A stretch of DNA of 64,000 nucleotides from the human T2T-CHM13v2.0 reference genome, Homo sapiens. Where the stretch lies: NCBI RefSeq assembly GCF_009914755.1, contig NC_060936.1, one strand, 5' to 3'. The stretch's first letter is position 1. Every line of letters begins with the position of its first letter. The translations under genes and the position numbers were made by a program. Below the pieces are notes generated by a model. That model did no database searches and was not told the origin of the DNA. It saw only the letters and a list, made by a program, of their open reading frames with translations. This document shows positions 14,419-29,593 of the stretch, piece by piece.

Positions 14419-16827
14419 TATATGAGAATACTTACATAATGAGCATTCTTTGCTGAAACCTCTCTCCTAAGCTCCAGACCACATATATAAGTACTTGGTA
14501 TGAAGGCTCCTAGATAGTGCCAAAGGTAGATATTTCACATTTAACATGAGCCAAAAAAAAAAAAAAACTTCATTCTATCTCCCTTTCTTCTAATCGCTCA
14601 TCTCTAGTGAAATTGTTTTGATTTGGCCTCCTAAATGTTTTGACGTTTTACCTCTCCATTCCCCTACCCTATACTTTTTCCAAGCTCTCCTTTCTGCTCA
14701 CCTGGATTATTGCAGAAGTTTTCAAACTAATTTTCTTGCCTCAATATACATCCCTTTGATTTTTATCCAGAGGAATCCACTTAACCATATAAGATTATTT
14801 AACATCCCTCCTAAAAATCCTAAAGTGGCTCTCCTGTAACTTTTAGTTTATAAGTTCAAACTCTTTGTCTTAGCACATGAGGTACATGATGATCTGGCCC
14901 TGCTACCTTTCCACCCTCATCTCTTCTCACTTAATCACAGGCATCCTGTGGTCCAGCCATAGCAAGCTCTTTGCCTGAGACACACATGCTCTTACCTTTT
15001 CCCATGCTATTCCCTCTGCCTGGAATTTTCTTTTGGGCTTATCCTCATTCCCTTTCATTCATCCTTCCAACCTCCTACTCCAACCAAATCTGTCTTGATA
15101 TCCCTATTCCAGACTGCCTCTGCTTGATGCCCCTTTTCTGGGCCCCATAACATTCTTGCAGCATTTATCACTCCCTGTCACTGTTTGTATCCCCTGGTAT
15201 ACTGAACAGCTTGGAAACAAAGATTTTCTCTTCTCTGTGCTCCCACTTGTTAGTACAAAGACTGACATAAATATTTTCTGAATGTATTCATGAATGAAAG
15301 GAAAGGAATGGTCTTTCTGAAATAGAGAATGGCATGAACAATGCATTGTGTTATAAAAGCAGAGTTGTATGGCATGACTTTTGGAGTCAGACATAATTGT
15401 AAGTCCTGGATCTCTCACTTACCACCTTTGTAAAATAGAGATGATAAAACTGTACTGGGAAATAATTTAGTTGTTCCAAAAGTAAATACTGAACAATACC
15501 ATTATCTACAGTATGCAAGTCACTAGGTGTATATTCATGAATAAAATTAGCATGGTCCTGAACTCATGGATCTTAAAATCGAATATGGGAGACAGTAAAC
15601 AGGTAAACAAATAAGTATATGATTACAAATACATTGTGCAGTGATGAAAGATAATTAGGTGAAGGGCAGCTAGACCTATTTAGATGTGGTCAAAGAAGTC
15701 CAAAGAGAAGAAGTGAATACTAACATAGAAGCCTCTGATACAGAGAAGCTTTTCGCTTTTTACTCTTTTTGATAGTTTTACAATGTTGTTCCATATGAAC
15801 ACATTATTTACTCTAAAATTGTATTTTTAAAATATATATAGGGAAGCAAAAATAATTGACAGAAGAATATCTGAGTCTATTTGTCTTAATTGGAAGGAAA
15901 GATCATTTCCTATTGAGAATGAGGGACACGCAGAACAAATAAAATCCACATAGAAAGAAGTAAAGGTATGAAATAGTCACTAAGGACTATGAGAGAAGAC
16001 AAGTGGAAGGATTAACGGCAGTGTTGAAGGCCCTGTGGAAAGGGGGTTACCATAAATTTGTATTCACATCAGCAACCCTGGTGTACAAGTAAAGTTGTTA
16101 GATTTATCCCTGGCTGCAGCTCTCCAGGATGGAGTAGCAGAAGTAAAGGGGGATTGCAGAAATAAAGATTCTGTCTAGAGAGTAGTTGAAGTGGTGAAGC
16201 ACAGGTTTTGGCGTAGTAGCAAATGAATTGTGGTCAGGCAGATCTCATGGACTCAAAAAATGTGCAGAGGTCAAGGAAGAGCAAAGTATGTGAAAAGTGG
16301 GTGGGTGGACCATATCTGTTAATGCTACACAAATCATTTCAGTACGTTTTTTTTTTTTACTTCTACCAAAGAATGTTGCATAAATTTTAATTGTAAATAA
16401 GTACTAATTGAGAAACATATATTAAATTGAAAGGTAAATGTTTTTATTAATAGATTTGATTTCTGAATATGCTAATTCTGATAGTTTGTTGATATTACTC
16501 TTAAGAATTTTTCTGGTAAGTTTTTTGCCCCTTTCTATAAATTTTACTAGGAAAATATCAGTGTCAGAAAAAAGTCCTCCGATTTTTATTGCTATTAATG
16601 GGTGGAAAAAGGAAGCAAACCCAGAGGATAATTGGACAAATGAATTACAATTTTAATTTCATCTTAGGATATCAATGACTTGACTTTGGAATGTTTCTTT
16701 ATTATGGTATAATCAGTTGCTGACATTTCATATGATATAGCAAAGTGTGATATATAAGCTTACAGATGTCATCTCTAAAAGTACTGTAAAATTTTAATGA
16801 GATTTTTCCATATTTTAGGAATAGAAG

Positions 16828-16988
16828 ATGAACAAACCCATAACACCATCAACATATGTGCGCTGCCTCAATGTTGGACTAATTAGGAAGCTGTCAGATT
16901 TTATTGATCCTCAAGAAGGATGGAAGAAGTTAGCTGTAGCTATTAAAAAACCATCTGGTGATGATAGATACAATCAGTTTCACATAAG
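16828..16988 (+). CDS. IRAK4: IRAK4 coding exon 1 (gene exon 2; death domain, c.1-161); exon starts at 16819
   Basis: ttttag|GAATAGAAG ATG gives MNKPITPSTYVRCLNVGLIRKLSDFIDPQEGWKKLAVAIKKPSGDDRYNQFHI; donor AG|gtaaca. Confidence 0.97.
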
Positions 16989-18093
16989 GTAACAGATAAA
17001 ATTCTTTGTATTTTTAAATTCTTACATCACAATATGGAATGATTAATTGGTATAAGTACTGTCTAATGTGGCAGTTTAGAAAGTAAACCTCTCCACTATG
17101 GAGGAGACATTGGTAGTAGGTAACCTCTTTTTGATTGTTCCTTTTGCAGTTTTGTCTTCTTTGTCCCATATGTCAATAGGGCTAATACTGTGATCTCTCA
17201 AATAAGTTTTTTGGGTTAGAATCAAGATTCCCACCTTTGCTGTGGTTCCCTGTTTGGCAAGCCAAGTGAAGTTCACTCTGCCTCACACTTCTCATTTCCA
17301 GATTGAAGGAAAATAAGAATGTTACAAGAATGTCTGGTAAAAATCTAGAGCTTAAATTTCAAAGTGTGTGAATCTCTAACACACTCTAACAATGTATTTT
17401 GGGACTTTTTCAATTTGACGTTTTAAAGTTGTTGCTTACAAGTGTACACTTCTGTGCACAGAATTCTTAAATCTTAGCCAGGATTTCTCAGTGCTGTCTT
17501 CAGATAATTTCAATTTTTCCTTTTTACTCATCTCTGCTCAATTTAGTGTAAAATATGCATGCATATTTTATTTTTGTCAGTCATTGCAGTTAAAACCTAT
17601 GTCAAAATGTTTCTTTGGTAGCAAAAGGAAAAGAAGACTATTTGTTATTTTCAGCATTAATCTGGGAAAGAACCTAAAAGCCTTGGCTCCCTTGCAGGAA
17701 ATATTTCCTCATAAGAAGAGCGAACATGTTAAATTACTTGAAAGAAGCTTAAGTTTAAACTGTGTTAAGCCAATGTTTAAAGATAATTTTTTGATATTAC
17801 TGTTAAAAACTTATGGAAGATAATTGGGGCAGTGGTGGCAGGAAGATAAAGCTCTTCTCTTTTTTTTTTCTTTTTTCCAAGACTCATTCCTGTGACAGAA
17901 AAAGCTTTTCTTTACAGAATAATACCTGCAAATAATTGTGAAAAGAATGGTAGAATGAGAAAAATACCTATTTGCAACCACCAATGAGTAACTGATTCAT
18001 GCAAGGCTCATCACTGAACCTAAAAGCATAAGGTGAAAGGTGGTTGTTCTCGTGCATGTGAGCAGGATATGCACAAGATTTTAAAGTATTATA

Positions 18094-18378
<285 letters not shown>

Positions 18379-19468
18379 AAAGTATTGTACACAAATTACT
18401 TGTGAAGTATGAAAGAGAAGGGTACATTTTTAATGAGGAAATCTGAAGTACACTTCCTTCACCAAGTGATCAAACTTTAGCACCAATAATAATGGTACAA
18501 AATGCTAATATGTACCCCTGGATGTGATACAATGGGAAAGGCACATTATACCTATGTAGTATTTCTACCAAAATGCTTAATCTGAATTTAATCATGAGAA
18601 AGTAGTCAGATAAATCTAGGCTGTTAGACCCATTCTATAAGACATCTGGCCCGTATTCTAAAACACACACACCCACAGACACAGATTGAAAGAGAGAATG
18701 CACAAGAGCCCAGATATGGCACAATTTTATCAATTATTCAATTGGTGAATCTAGGTGAATGGTTGTTCATTCTATCATTTTTTCAACTTTTCTGTAAGTT
18801 TGAATTTTTTAAAAATAAAATCTTTAGAGGAAAAACAGAAAGAAACAATATTGGTTAAATTTTTAAATGTTACTTTTCAAAACTAATTTTTGATTTTAAA
18901 GAAATGGAAAGAAATGGGTTGAAAGCCGACTTTGTGATTTTTTTCAATTTAATTGAATTACAGTTAAGATCAAAGGAATAATTTCCTAAGTTTTTGTGTG
19001 TTCTGTTTCTTTAATTAAGCAGGTGCATTTATTAAAAATTATATAGCTATCAGAGTCTTAAGTCATGTGGGAAGTAATATTTCTAGTAGATTAAGAATAC
19101 ACTCTTTTGTCAAATGAGATCTGAATTTGTACCTCAACTTGGATACATCATATTGGCTGTGTGGCTATGGGCTGGTTACTCTACCTCTCCAAGCCTGGCT
19201 TTTTCACTAGTAAATTCATATGATAATCATAATATCTTTGAACATGCTCATGTGTGTGCATCCTATAACCCACTAAGTAAATATCCAGTAAGTACCCAGT
19301 AAATTATTATCATCATCTTTGGCATCTTTTTTCCTCCTATCTTTCCTGTCTCTTTGTAATTCTTGCTGGCTCTCTTGTTGTCCCTTTTCTTTAATGTTGT
19401 AGGAGATGCTGTGGGCAAAATGGGCAGGGGAGATCAACACCTATTTTCATATGACCTCAGTTTATAAA

Positions 19469-19898
19469 TGCTATTGTTTGAATGTGTCCCCAAAAGTTCA
19501 TGTGTTAGAAACTTAATACCCATTGCAACAGGGTTGATAGGTGGGACCTTTAAAGGGTAGTTAGGCCATGAGAGCTTTGCCCTTATGAGTGGATTAATGT
19601 CGTCATGGCAGGAGTGGGTTAGTTATCTAGGGAGTGGGTTTCTGATAAAAGGATAAGTTAGGCCCTATTTTTCTTTTTCTCTCTCTCTCTTTTTTTTTCT
19701 CTTTCACATGCACGTGTGCATGCTCTTTTGCCCTTCTGCCCTTCCACCATGAGATGATGTAGCAAGAAGGCCCTAACCAGATGCAGCCTCTCGATCTTGG
19801 ACTTCCCAGCCTCCAGAACCGTGAGCCAAATTAACTATTATTTATAAATTACCCTGTCTGTGGTATTCTATTATTGCAGCACAAAATGGACTAAGACA
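19469..19898 (+). mobile_element. MST-family (MaLR) solo LTR
   Basis: TGctattgtttgaatgtgtcccc ... aaaatggactaagaCA; 5-bp TSD ataaa/ataga. Confidence 0.85.
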
Positions 19899-19935
19899 AT
19901 AGACTAATTTTGTTTCTTTGTTACTTACTTTTAAG

Positions 19936-20081
19936 GAGATTTGAAGCATTACTTCAAACTGGAAAAAGTCCCACTTCTGAATTACTGTTTGACTGGGGCA
20001 CCACAAATTGCACAGTTGGTGATCTTGTGGATCTTTTGATCCAAAATGAATTTTTTGCTCCTGCGAGTCTTTTGCTCCCAG
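19936..20081 (+). CDS. IRAK4: IRAK4 exon 3 (146 nt, death domain, cassette exon; c.162-307)
   Basis: ttttaag|GAGATTTGAA gives RFEALLQTGKSPTSELLFDWGTTNCTVGDLVDLLIQNEFFAPASLLLP; donor CAG|gtaaac. Confidence 0.97.
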
Positions 20082-20517
20082 GTAAACTGATTGTGACCAG
20101 GGTGTCCACAATTAGGGTGGAAAGACAAATGGCAGAAATATAAATGTTTCTTCTTACTCTTCCTTTTTTCTCATAGTAGATGAAGCTTACATTTGAGAGT
20201 CCCTTTCTTTCAGCACTCCTCAACTCTTTAAAAAGCAGCACAGACAAAGGACACTGTGGACTCTGCTGCTAAGGTGATAGAAGCTTCGTAAGAGTTAGAT
20301 AGTTTTGTGCCAACAGGAAGTTTAGAAGGAAAGACTTCATACATCTGGCTTAGGCTGTAAGAAAGTAATTATAATTTTGAGTTCTTCCTTTTTTTCATCT
20401 TCAACTTCTACCCTGATGGGACTCTATAATCATAATTTTAAAAAATTGTATTCTGATGTGGTAGTGTCTAGTTGCCTTCCTTATAAGCTTTCTTTTTTTC
20501 CTTTGATGCCTTTCACA

Positions 20518-20705
20518 CCAGTGGTTCTCAACCTTTATCATGCATAAGAATCACTTAGGTTCTGGTTAAACATGTAGTTTCCTAGGGTCTGTTCCAAATC
20601 TATGTAATCAGAATTCTGGAATTGGGTTTAAGGTCTATATTCTTAAACAGGTGCTTCAGTGCCTCTGATATAGGTGGCTCATGGATCACTGTTTGAAAAC
20701 ACTGC
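20518..20705. mobile_element. MER5A hAT MITE
   Basis: cagtggttctcaacc ... tttgaaaacactg inverted ends. Confidence 0.75.
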
Positions 20706-20895
20706 CTTACTCTCTTTACCCATCTTCATTATAACTTACAGATTCTTACTAGGCAGCTTCTTGTGTGTGTTGTGAGAATATGAGACCAACCTGTAGAAAC
20801 TGGAATGATATTAAATGAACCAAGTTTCTAGTTTAACTTTTTCACAACCACTTTTTCTTACTGAAAAACCACTTGTATCTTACTTCATTTGTTAG

Positions 20896-21078
20896 ATGCT
20901 GTTCCCAAAACTGCTAATACACTACCTTCTAAAGAAGCTATAACAGTTCAGCAAAAACAGATGCCTTTCTGTGACAAAGACAGGACATTGATGACACCTG
21001 TGCAGAATCTTGAACAAAGCTATATGCCACCTGACTCCTCAAGTCCAGAAAATAAAAGTTTAGAAGTTAGTGATACAC
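20896..21078 (+). CDS. IRAK4: IRAK4 exon 4 (hinge; c.308-490)
   Basis: gttag|ATGCT gives DAVPKTANTLPSKEAITVQQKQMPFCDKDR...EVSDTR; donor CAC|gtaagt. Confidence 0.97.
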
Positions 21079-21602
21079 GTAAGTAACATTTTCAGTGCTT
21101 TCCACTAGGGATTTGTCATTAAGACTACCAGTGCTTTAAAAGAAAGCTCTTGCTCTTTTGTTTGTGCAGCAATCACAGGCACACTGGCAATAGCTCTTTT
21201 GTGAGTTGTTTCCTCCTGATATATTAAGAAACATCTTCATTGTATTAATCAGTGATTAGAGGCAATAGGACATGCAAACAACCAGAGAAGCTATGAAAAA
21301 AAATAAGTAAATATTTACATAACTTGGAAAGGTCACTTTTTAAAATAAAATATGTGACTAGAGTTTTGGGTAGGTAGACTAGACCCACTCAAATGTGTGA
21401 CTAGAATTTTGGGTGGGTGACTACAGTGTTCAGAGGGTAGGATCACCAAACAGAGTTCTCAAGAAAAACTTATAATTTGTATTTTAGAAATGGTTTTATC
21501 TTCTCTCATCTTGTCTAATTCAAAATCATAAATATTTGCATATATGTGAAATCTTCAAATGAGAAAATATTATAATTATTAAAACGAATTTTTAAAATTT
21601 AA

Positions 21603-21851
<249 letters not shown>

Positions 21852-22626
21852 TAAAGTTAATCTTTAGGAAATACATTATTTCAGTATGTATTTTCTTTAA
21901 ATAAACATCATTCTAAATAGTAGTTCTTAAAATTTTAAAATCTGTTGAACACTATGGACCCTACCCCTAGAAAAATGTGGTTATGTCCATGTACACAAGA
22001 TCATACATACAATTTTGGGAGATTCACAAACTAAAGTTGAGAAGCCCTGCTCCACATAGTGCTTCATGTGTAATCAAGATTAAAATGGTAAGATACCAGG
22101 AAAACTATTTTTAAAAAACCTTGTTTGCATTACTTTTCCCATTTAAAAATAAAATTTAGGAAGTATACATTAAGAAAAAACATTAAAATTTTTTTTATCT
22201 GTGTCCTTTGTTGCCATTTCTACTGAGGTGTTTACCTTTTACTTACTTGTTATATTCTAAATCTTTTGTTAGAGCCTAAAAATATCAATAGAATGCATAT
22301 GTATGTGATAAAGATAGTCACTCTTTGTCATATATGTTGCAGGGCTTTTGTAGGGTTTTTTTTTCCATTTTGCACCTAAATTGCTTATGTTTTCTGTTTC
22401 CTAGAATTTTTTTCAAATTTTTTTGTGTAGTGAAATTTCGTGTTATTTCATTTTGTTTCCACAACTCAGTGAAATTTATATATATTTTTCATTCCACTAA
22501 CCAGCCATGGGCCTTGAGCAAATCACTAGTATTTCTAGATCTCAGTTATTCTGTAGAATTGGGAGAATAATACACTATTGTTTTAAAGAAAGGGAGATGA
22601 GCCAGCTGATCTCTTGATCCCTCTGA

Positions 22627-22746
<120 letters not shown>

Positions 22747-22909
22747 TAAGTCTTAATCTGGCAGTGCGGTGTAGTGGAAAGAAAAAAGACAAGGAGTAAA
22801 GAACCTGGTTCACTCTAGAGTATGCCATGAACTAGTGATGTTTGCACATATATGAAATTAAAATAAAGTGTTTAGATTAGAGAAATTGAAAGTACTTTTG
22901 GCTCCATAA

Positions 22910-23258
<349 letters not shown>

Positions 23259-24039
23259 GCAGTCATTATTTTAAGTCACAACAAAGTTACGTGAAATTTC
23301 ACTATCATGTCCTTCATTATCATGTTTTCCACTTCCAGAATTCATGAGAGATCAATTGTAGAGATACTTAAAAACAACTATCTATAGAGTAATAGGCCCT
23401 TATATATAAAGTAGCATCTATAGAGCAACTAGAGTCATGTTATCTGTAAGGATGCTTAGAAGGCATTGATCCTGTGTGCTGGAAAATTGTTGGACATCAT
23501 CAGGAAAAGTAGGAGGGACAAAGTAGGAAATGTATTCTAATTATTATAGTGATTAATAGTGATTGATATTTGAGTGTGTGCAACATGCCAGACATTGTGC
23601 TATGTACTTTATGTGCATTGTCTGTCTAACCCTTACAACTGTTACAACTGCCCATTTTGTTTGTTAACTGAGATTTAGAAACATTAAATAGCTTGTCCAA
23701 GATCACATAGCCAGTAAGTGTTAGAGATGGGATTGAAATCCAGATCTGTTTGATTGCGGAGCCTGAACTTTAGATCTGAATCGTAATGGGATTTACCAAA
23801 TTATACCCATTAAACCCACTGCTGTAAATCACCAATCATAGTTACCTAACCTCAAGTAAGAAGAATAGACTAGAATTGATTTATGCACGGTAAAAATGAT
23901 ACATGCTGAAAAAAGATCAAACTTTTTTTTTCAGGATTTGTCTTCTTCACTCCTACCCCTACTCTCCAATTCTAAAAGTAACTTGTTCACAGTAGGTCAT
24001 CTGGAAAATACAGGAAAACATTTTTAAAATATACAAGCC

Positions 24040-24158
24040 TATATGCATGCAGGACTTAATACGTAGGTGATGGGTTGATAGGTGCAGCAAACCACTATGG
24101 TACACGTTTACCTGTATGACAAACCTGCACATTCTGTACATGTATCCCGGAACTTAAT
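24040..24158 (+). mobile_element. Short L1PA 3' end fragment
   Basis: ggtgatgggttgataggtgcagcaaaccac...aaacctgcacattctgtacatgtatcccggaacttaa. Confidence 0.8.
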
Positions 24159-24495
24159 AATACAAACCATCTCTCAAATATATCACTCAGAGATAACCAC
24201 TGCTAATATTTTTATATACTTGCTTCATGATGTGTGTGTAGCATTTTCCCATGTCACTAAAAATAATTTGAAAACATTTTAAATTATTGTACAACAGTCT
24301 AGCATATGTGAAAATCATATTTTATTTAACCATAGCTAGGTTTGTTTCTAATTTTCAGTATTAAAAATAAAGCTTCTTTAAAGTTCTTTGCACATAAATC
24401 TTTAAATGCAGTTATACTTACTTTATCATCTAGGGTAAAGTCCTAGAAAAAGAATTACTAGGTAGGAATGCATGAACTTTTTAAAGACTTTCTAA

Positions 24496-24893
<398 letters not shown>

Positions 24894-25832
24894 TATTATT
24901 ACAATTTTTTAATAAGTGCCAGTCTCTGGATCTTACTAGCAGAATGAACTTGGCCAAGTTTTTTAACTTTCTATTCGTTAATTTTCTCATCTATAAAATG
25001 GGACAATAGTACTTACTTAAGTTATTGTGAGGATTAAATAAAACAGATAAATCACTTGCCACACTGCCTCGTTTATAGTATAAATTCAGCAAACGTTAAC
25101 TACTCATGTTTAAAATGTGCCAGTTTGGTGGAAAATGGGACACTTACTGTTTTAATTTGCACGTCTTCAAATATTTATGAGACTAGAAGAAATTGATATA
25201 ATGAACTGCTATAATTGTGGATCATTTTGAATGAACAAAATGAATAAGCACTTAAATAATAAAACACTTATCATGTGCCAGATACGTTTCTAGGCTGTCA
25301 TGTTTACATTTGCTCATTTAATTGTCTCAGCATCCATATTACATACTGTTTTCTGCATTTAGCAGATAAAGGAGCTGAGGCTCAGTAAGGCTGTTAACTT
25401 GCGGTAGGTCACATATCCAGGAGGGGGCAGAACTAGACTTTAAATTTAGGATGTATAACTCTGAGCCCTGTTTTCTTTCGTCTTACCACAGATGCTGCCA
25501 CTTTATTAGATTGTAGGTCTCTTTAGTTTTATTACTCTCAAGTATATAAAGACACTCAAATTAGGTTATAAATAATCCAGTGTGATTAAAGATCAAAAAC
25601 ATGTAAATTAGATGTGATTCAAGATCATGTCTGTAAATCAGTGCTTTGAGTGTGTTAGAAAATTCTTGACAGTATTAGCATAAAAATTCAACGGACTTCT
25701 TGAAATCTTATTTGTGCCATCATTGAAAATTGGGCTAAAGAAAGTGAGCATCAGCCTAGTCCTTAACCAAACTTATCACAAGTTCCAAAAATCTGAATTA
25801 TTTAGCTTTTACTGTAAAATAGAAAGAGGTTT

Positions 25833-26127
25833 GGCCAGCTGTAGTGGCTCACACCTGTAATCCCAATACTTTGGGAGGCCAAAGTGGTAGGAGCACTTGA
25901 GGCCAGCAGTTTGAGACCAGTCTGGGAAACACAGTGAGACCTCATCTTTACAAAAAAATTTAAAAAGTAGCTGAGTGTGGTGTACACCAGTAGTCCAAGC
26001 TACTTGGGAGGATGAGGCAGGAGGATCACTTGAGTCCAGATGGTCGAGGCCACAGTGAGCTATGATTACACCACTGCACTCCAGCCTGGGCAACAGAGTT
26101 AGACCCTGTCTCAAAAAAAAGAAAAAG
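25833..26127 (+). mobile_element. AluJ
   Basis: Diverged Alu; TSD aaagaggttt. Confidence 0.9.
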
Positions 26128-26336
26128 AGGTTTTACTTCTAATGTTGATTAATACTGGCTGAAAAGAGAAGTATTTGCAGAAAATTATAAACAGTTACAA
26201 TAAACATATATAAACATAAACATCAAGTTAGAAATAATATATAACATACTATTTTTTTGCTCTTTTTTTCTATTAAAACTTTGAATAACTTCCAACCTAT
26301 AGCTGAATATATATTTATTATAATAATTTTGCATGA

Positions 26337-26660
<324 letters not shown>

Positions 26661-26895
26661 TAATCTTAAATGTAGAATTCAGTTAAGACTATACTAGGAA
26701 GATGCTTTTATATATTTTTATCTTCAAATAACAAATGTAAACACCCATTTGAGCTTATTTAGATATTATTTTTAATAACTTAAAAATGTAGTCCTAAATT
26801 ATTAATGCTATAACATCATCTTCAGTTGTTGCCTAGAAAAATATTCTGTGTTATATATTCTCTGTAGATTTTTTATTATTCTTTCTCATTTTTAA

Positions 26896-27027
<132 letters not shown>

Positions 27028-27740
27028 TAAATGCTACTGTTTAAAAGTTTTTGGAAAGCTGTCTTTAAAGAATAATTTGCTGTCACTCTATTCACGATTC
27101 ATATGCAGGTCTTAACCTAGAGCATCTGGACTTTTTTCCCATCACTCCATGAAAGCTCTTCTCAATAAGGACATCTATAATCTCCTTTATTCCAAGCCCA
27201 GTGACCTACTTCCAGTACTCATCCTACTTGACCTTTTTTGTTTGTTTTAATAGTAGTTTATTCTGTTCTTCTTGACACTTTTGCCTTATGGAAATTAGTT
27301 GTTTTCTTAGTTTATGGATCACTATTCTTTTCTGAATCACCTTCATCCTCCATGAGTACTTTTCAGTTCTCTTTCTTTCTTGTGTATTTATCTAGTTAAA
27401 TATTTACCTACTATAAGTAACATATTCATATATAGAGCTCAACATCAATCAAATAAGCACAAAATAATTATAGAATGTTAATATGTACAGTTCACATATA
27501 TATTATATGTATTATTATTATATAGTATAGTACATAGGATTAATATAAAGAAGGGTTTCCAAGAAAGTGACATTTAAGCAGAGATTCAAAGAATGGGCAG
27601 GAAATAAGTAGACACAATTTGAGGGTAACTGTAGAATGGATGATGGGGAGAAGAACATTCTAGGCAGAAGGAACTGCATTTGTAAGACCAGTGGTGAGAC
27701 AGAATATGGGAGCATGATGAGTTACAAGAAATGAAATATG

Positions 27741-27994
27741 CTTTGGGAGCCAAGATAGGAGGATCATTTGAGGCCAGGAGTAGCAGACCTGACTATGTTC
27801 CCTGAACAACATAGCAAGACCTCATCTCTACAAAAAAACTAGTCAAACGTGGTATTGCATGCCTACAGTTCCAGACACTAGGGCAGCTGAGGAGGGAGGA
27901 GGCTTGAGCCCAGGAGTTCAAGGTTGAAGTGAGCTATGATCATGCCAGTGCTCCCCAGCCTGGGTAATAAAGTAAGACTCTGTCTAAAAAAAAA
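27741..27994 (+). mobile_element. Degenerate, 5'-truncated AluJ
   Basis: ctttgggagccaag...gagcccaggagttcaagg...A tail. Confidence 0.75.
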
Positions 27995-29296
27995 TGAAGT
28001 AAATGCAGTATGACTGAGATGCAGAAAGTTATAGGGTGGTGGATTGGAGATAAAACTACAGAGAAGTGTAGGAAGCTAAGTCCTATAGGACTTAATAGAT
28101 CAAGGTAAGGCTTTTAGTTTTATCACAAGTGTAATGAGATGCCGTTGAAAATTTTAAGTAGGAATATGGCATCATATTTAAGTTTTGCAAAGATGATTTT
28201 AACTCTAGTGTAGAGAACAGTTTGTAAGAAGAGGCAGTTAGTAGGCTATCATAGGTGGCAGTTCATAAGAAGAGAGGGGAGCAGATTAGAAAGATTAAAA
28301 TGGCAAAACTTGTTGATACCTTGGCTATGCAGGGGTTCAGGAAGAGCGAAGTATCAGGAATGACTCCTGGAATAATGGCATCCAGACTTGCATTCTGGAA
28401 TGATTATGGCATGATTCACTTATGTAGAAAGGACTGAAAAAAGACTTGGTTAGGTTGGGGTTAGAGAGATGGTTAGAAAATGTGAATTCTCTTTTGTACA
28501 TGTTGTGTTTGGGGTGCTTTTAAGATGTAGTAGTAGAGATGGTAGACAGTGTGATATACAGATTTGGAGCTGGAGGTCTGAGCTGAAGATATAAATGTGT
28601 ATTACTTGCATACAGGTGATAATTGAAGTGACTGTATTCACTTGAGGGGAGATGTAGATTAAGAAAAGGTCACAAGATTAAGTCTTGGGGAACCCTAAGA
28701 CTTAATGGCCAAATAGAAGAGATGATCACAAAAAGGAATCTAAGGAAGTACACATACAGAGAAGGGTAAGATGAAAACCTGGAGAGTGTGGAGTCCCTGA
28801 AAACGAGGAAAGAAAGTGTTTCCCAAGAGGGAGTAGTCAAAAAGAGTCAAGGGCTTTAATCATTGGATTAGCATCACCATGGTCTTTGGTGACTTTATGG
28901 AAACCCATTTCCAGGTAGTAGTTGGTTTAGAAATCACATTGTAGTTGAGAGAGTGAGAGCTAGAGAACTGAGATAGGAGTATAGACAAGTCTTTTAAGAC
29001 ATTTTACTAGTGAAGGGGACAGCTAGAAATAGATAAGTCATTCAGGAAACTTTTTTTAAGCTGGCAGAGATTAAGCTGTGCTTATGTGCCTATAGGAAGG
29101 ATCCAGATTAAAAGGGAGAGGATACTATGGAAGAGAGAAATGAGATGATGTGTTCAGTAGGGTTACTGAGAATGTAGAAAGCAGCTCAAGCAGAGGAACT
29201 GACCCTAGATGAGAAAAGAAACGCCATCTCCTATCCTTCATGGATTGGTACTTTCTTGTGTTCTTATATCATTGTCTCTTTTCTCCCTGTATGTTC

Positions 29297-29593
<297 letters not shown>

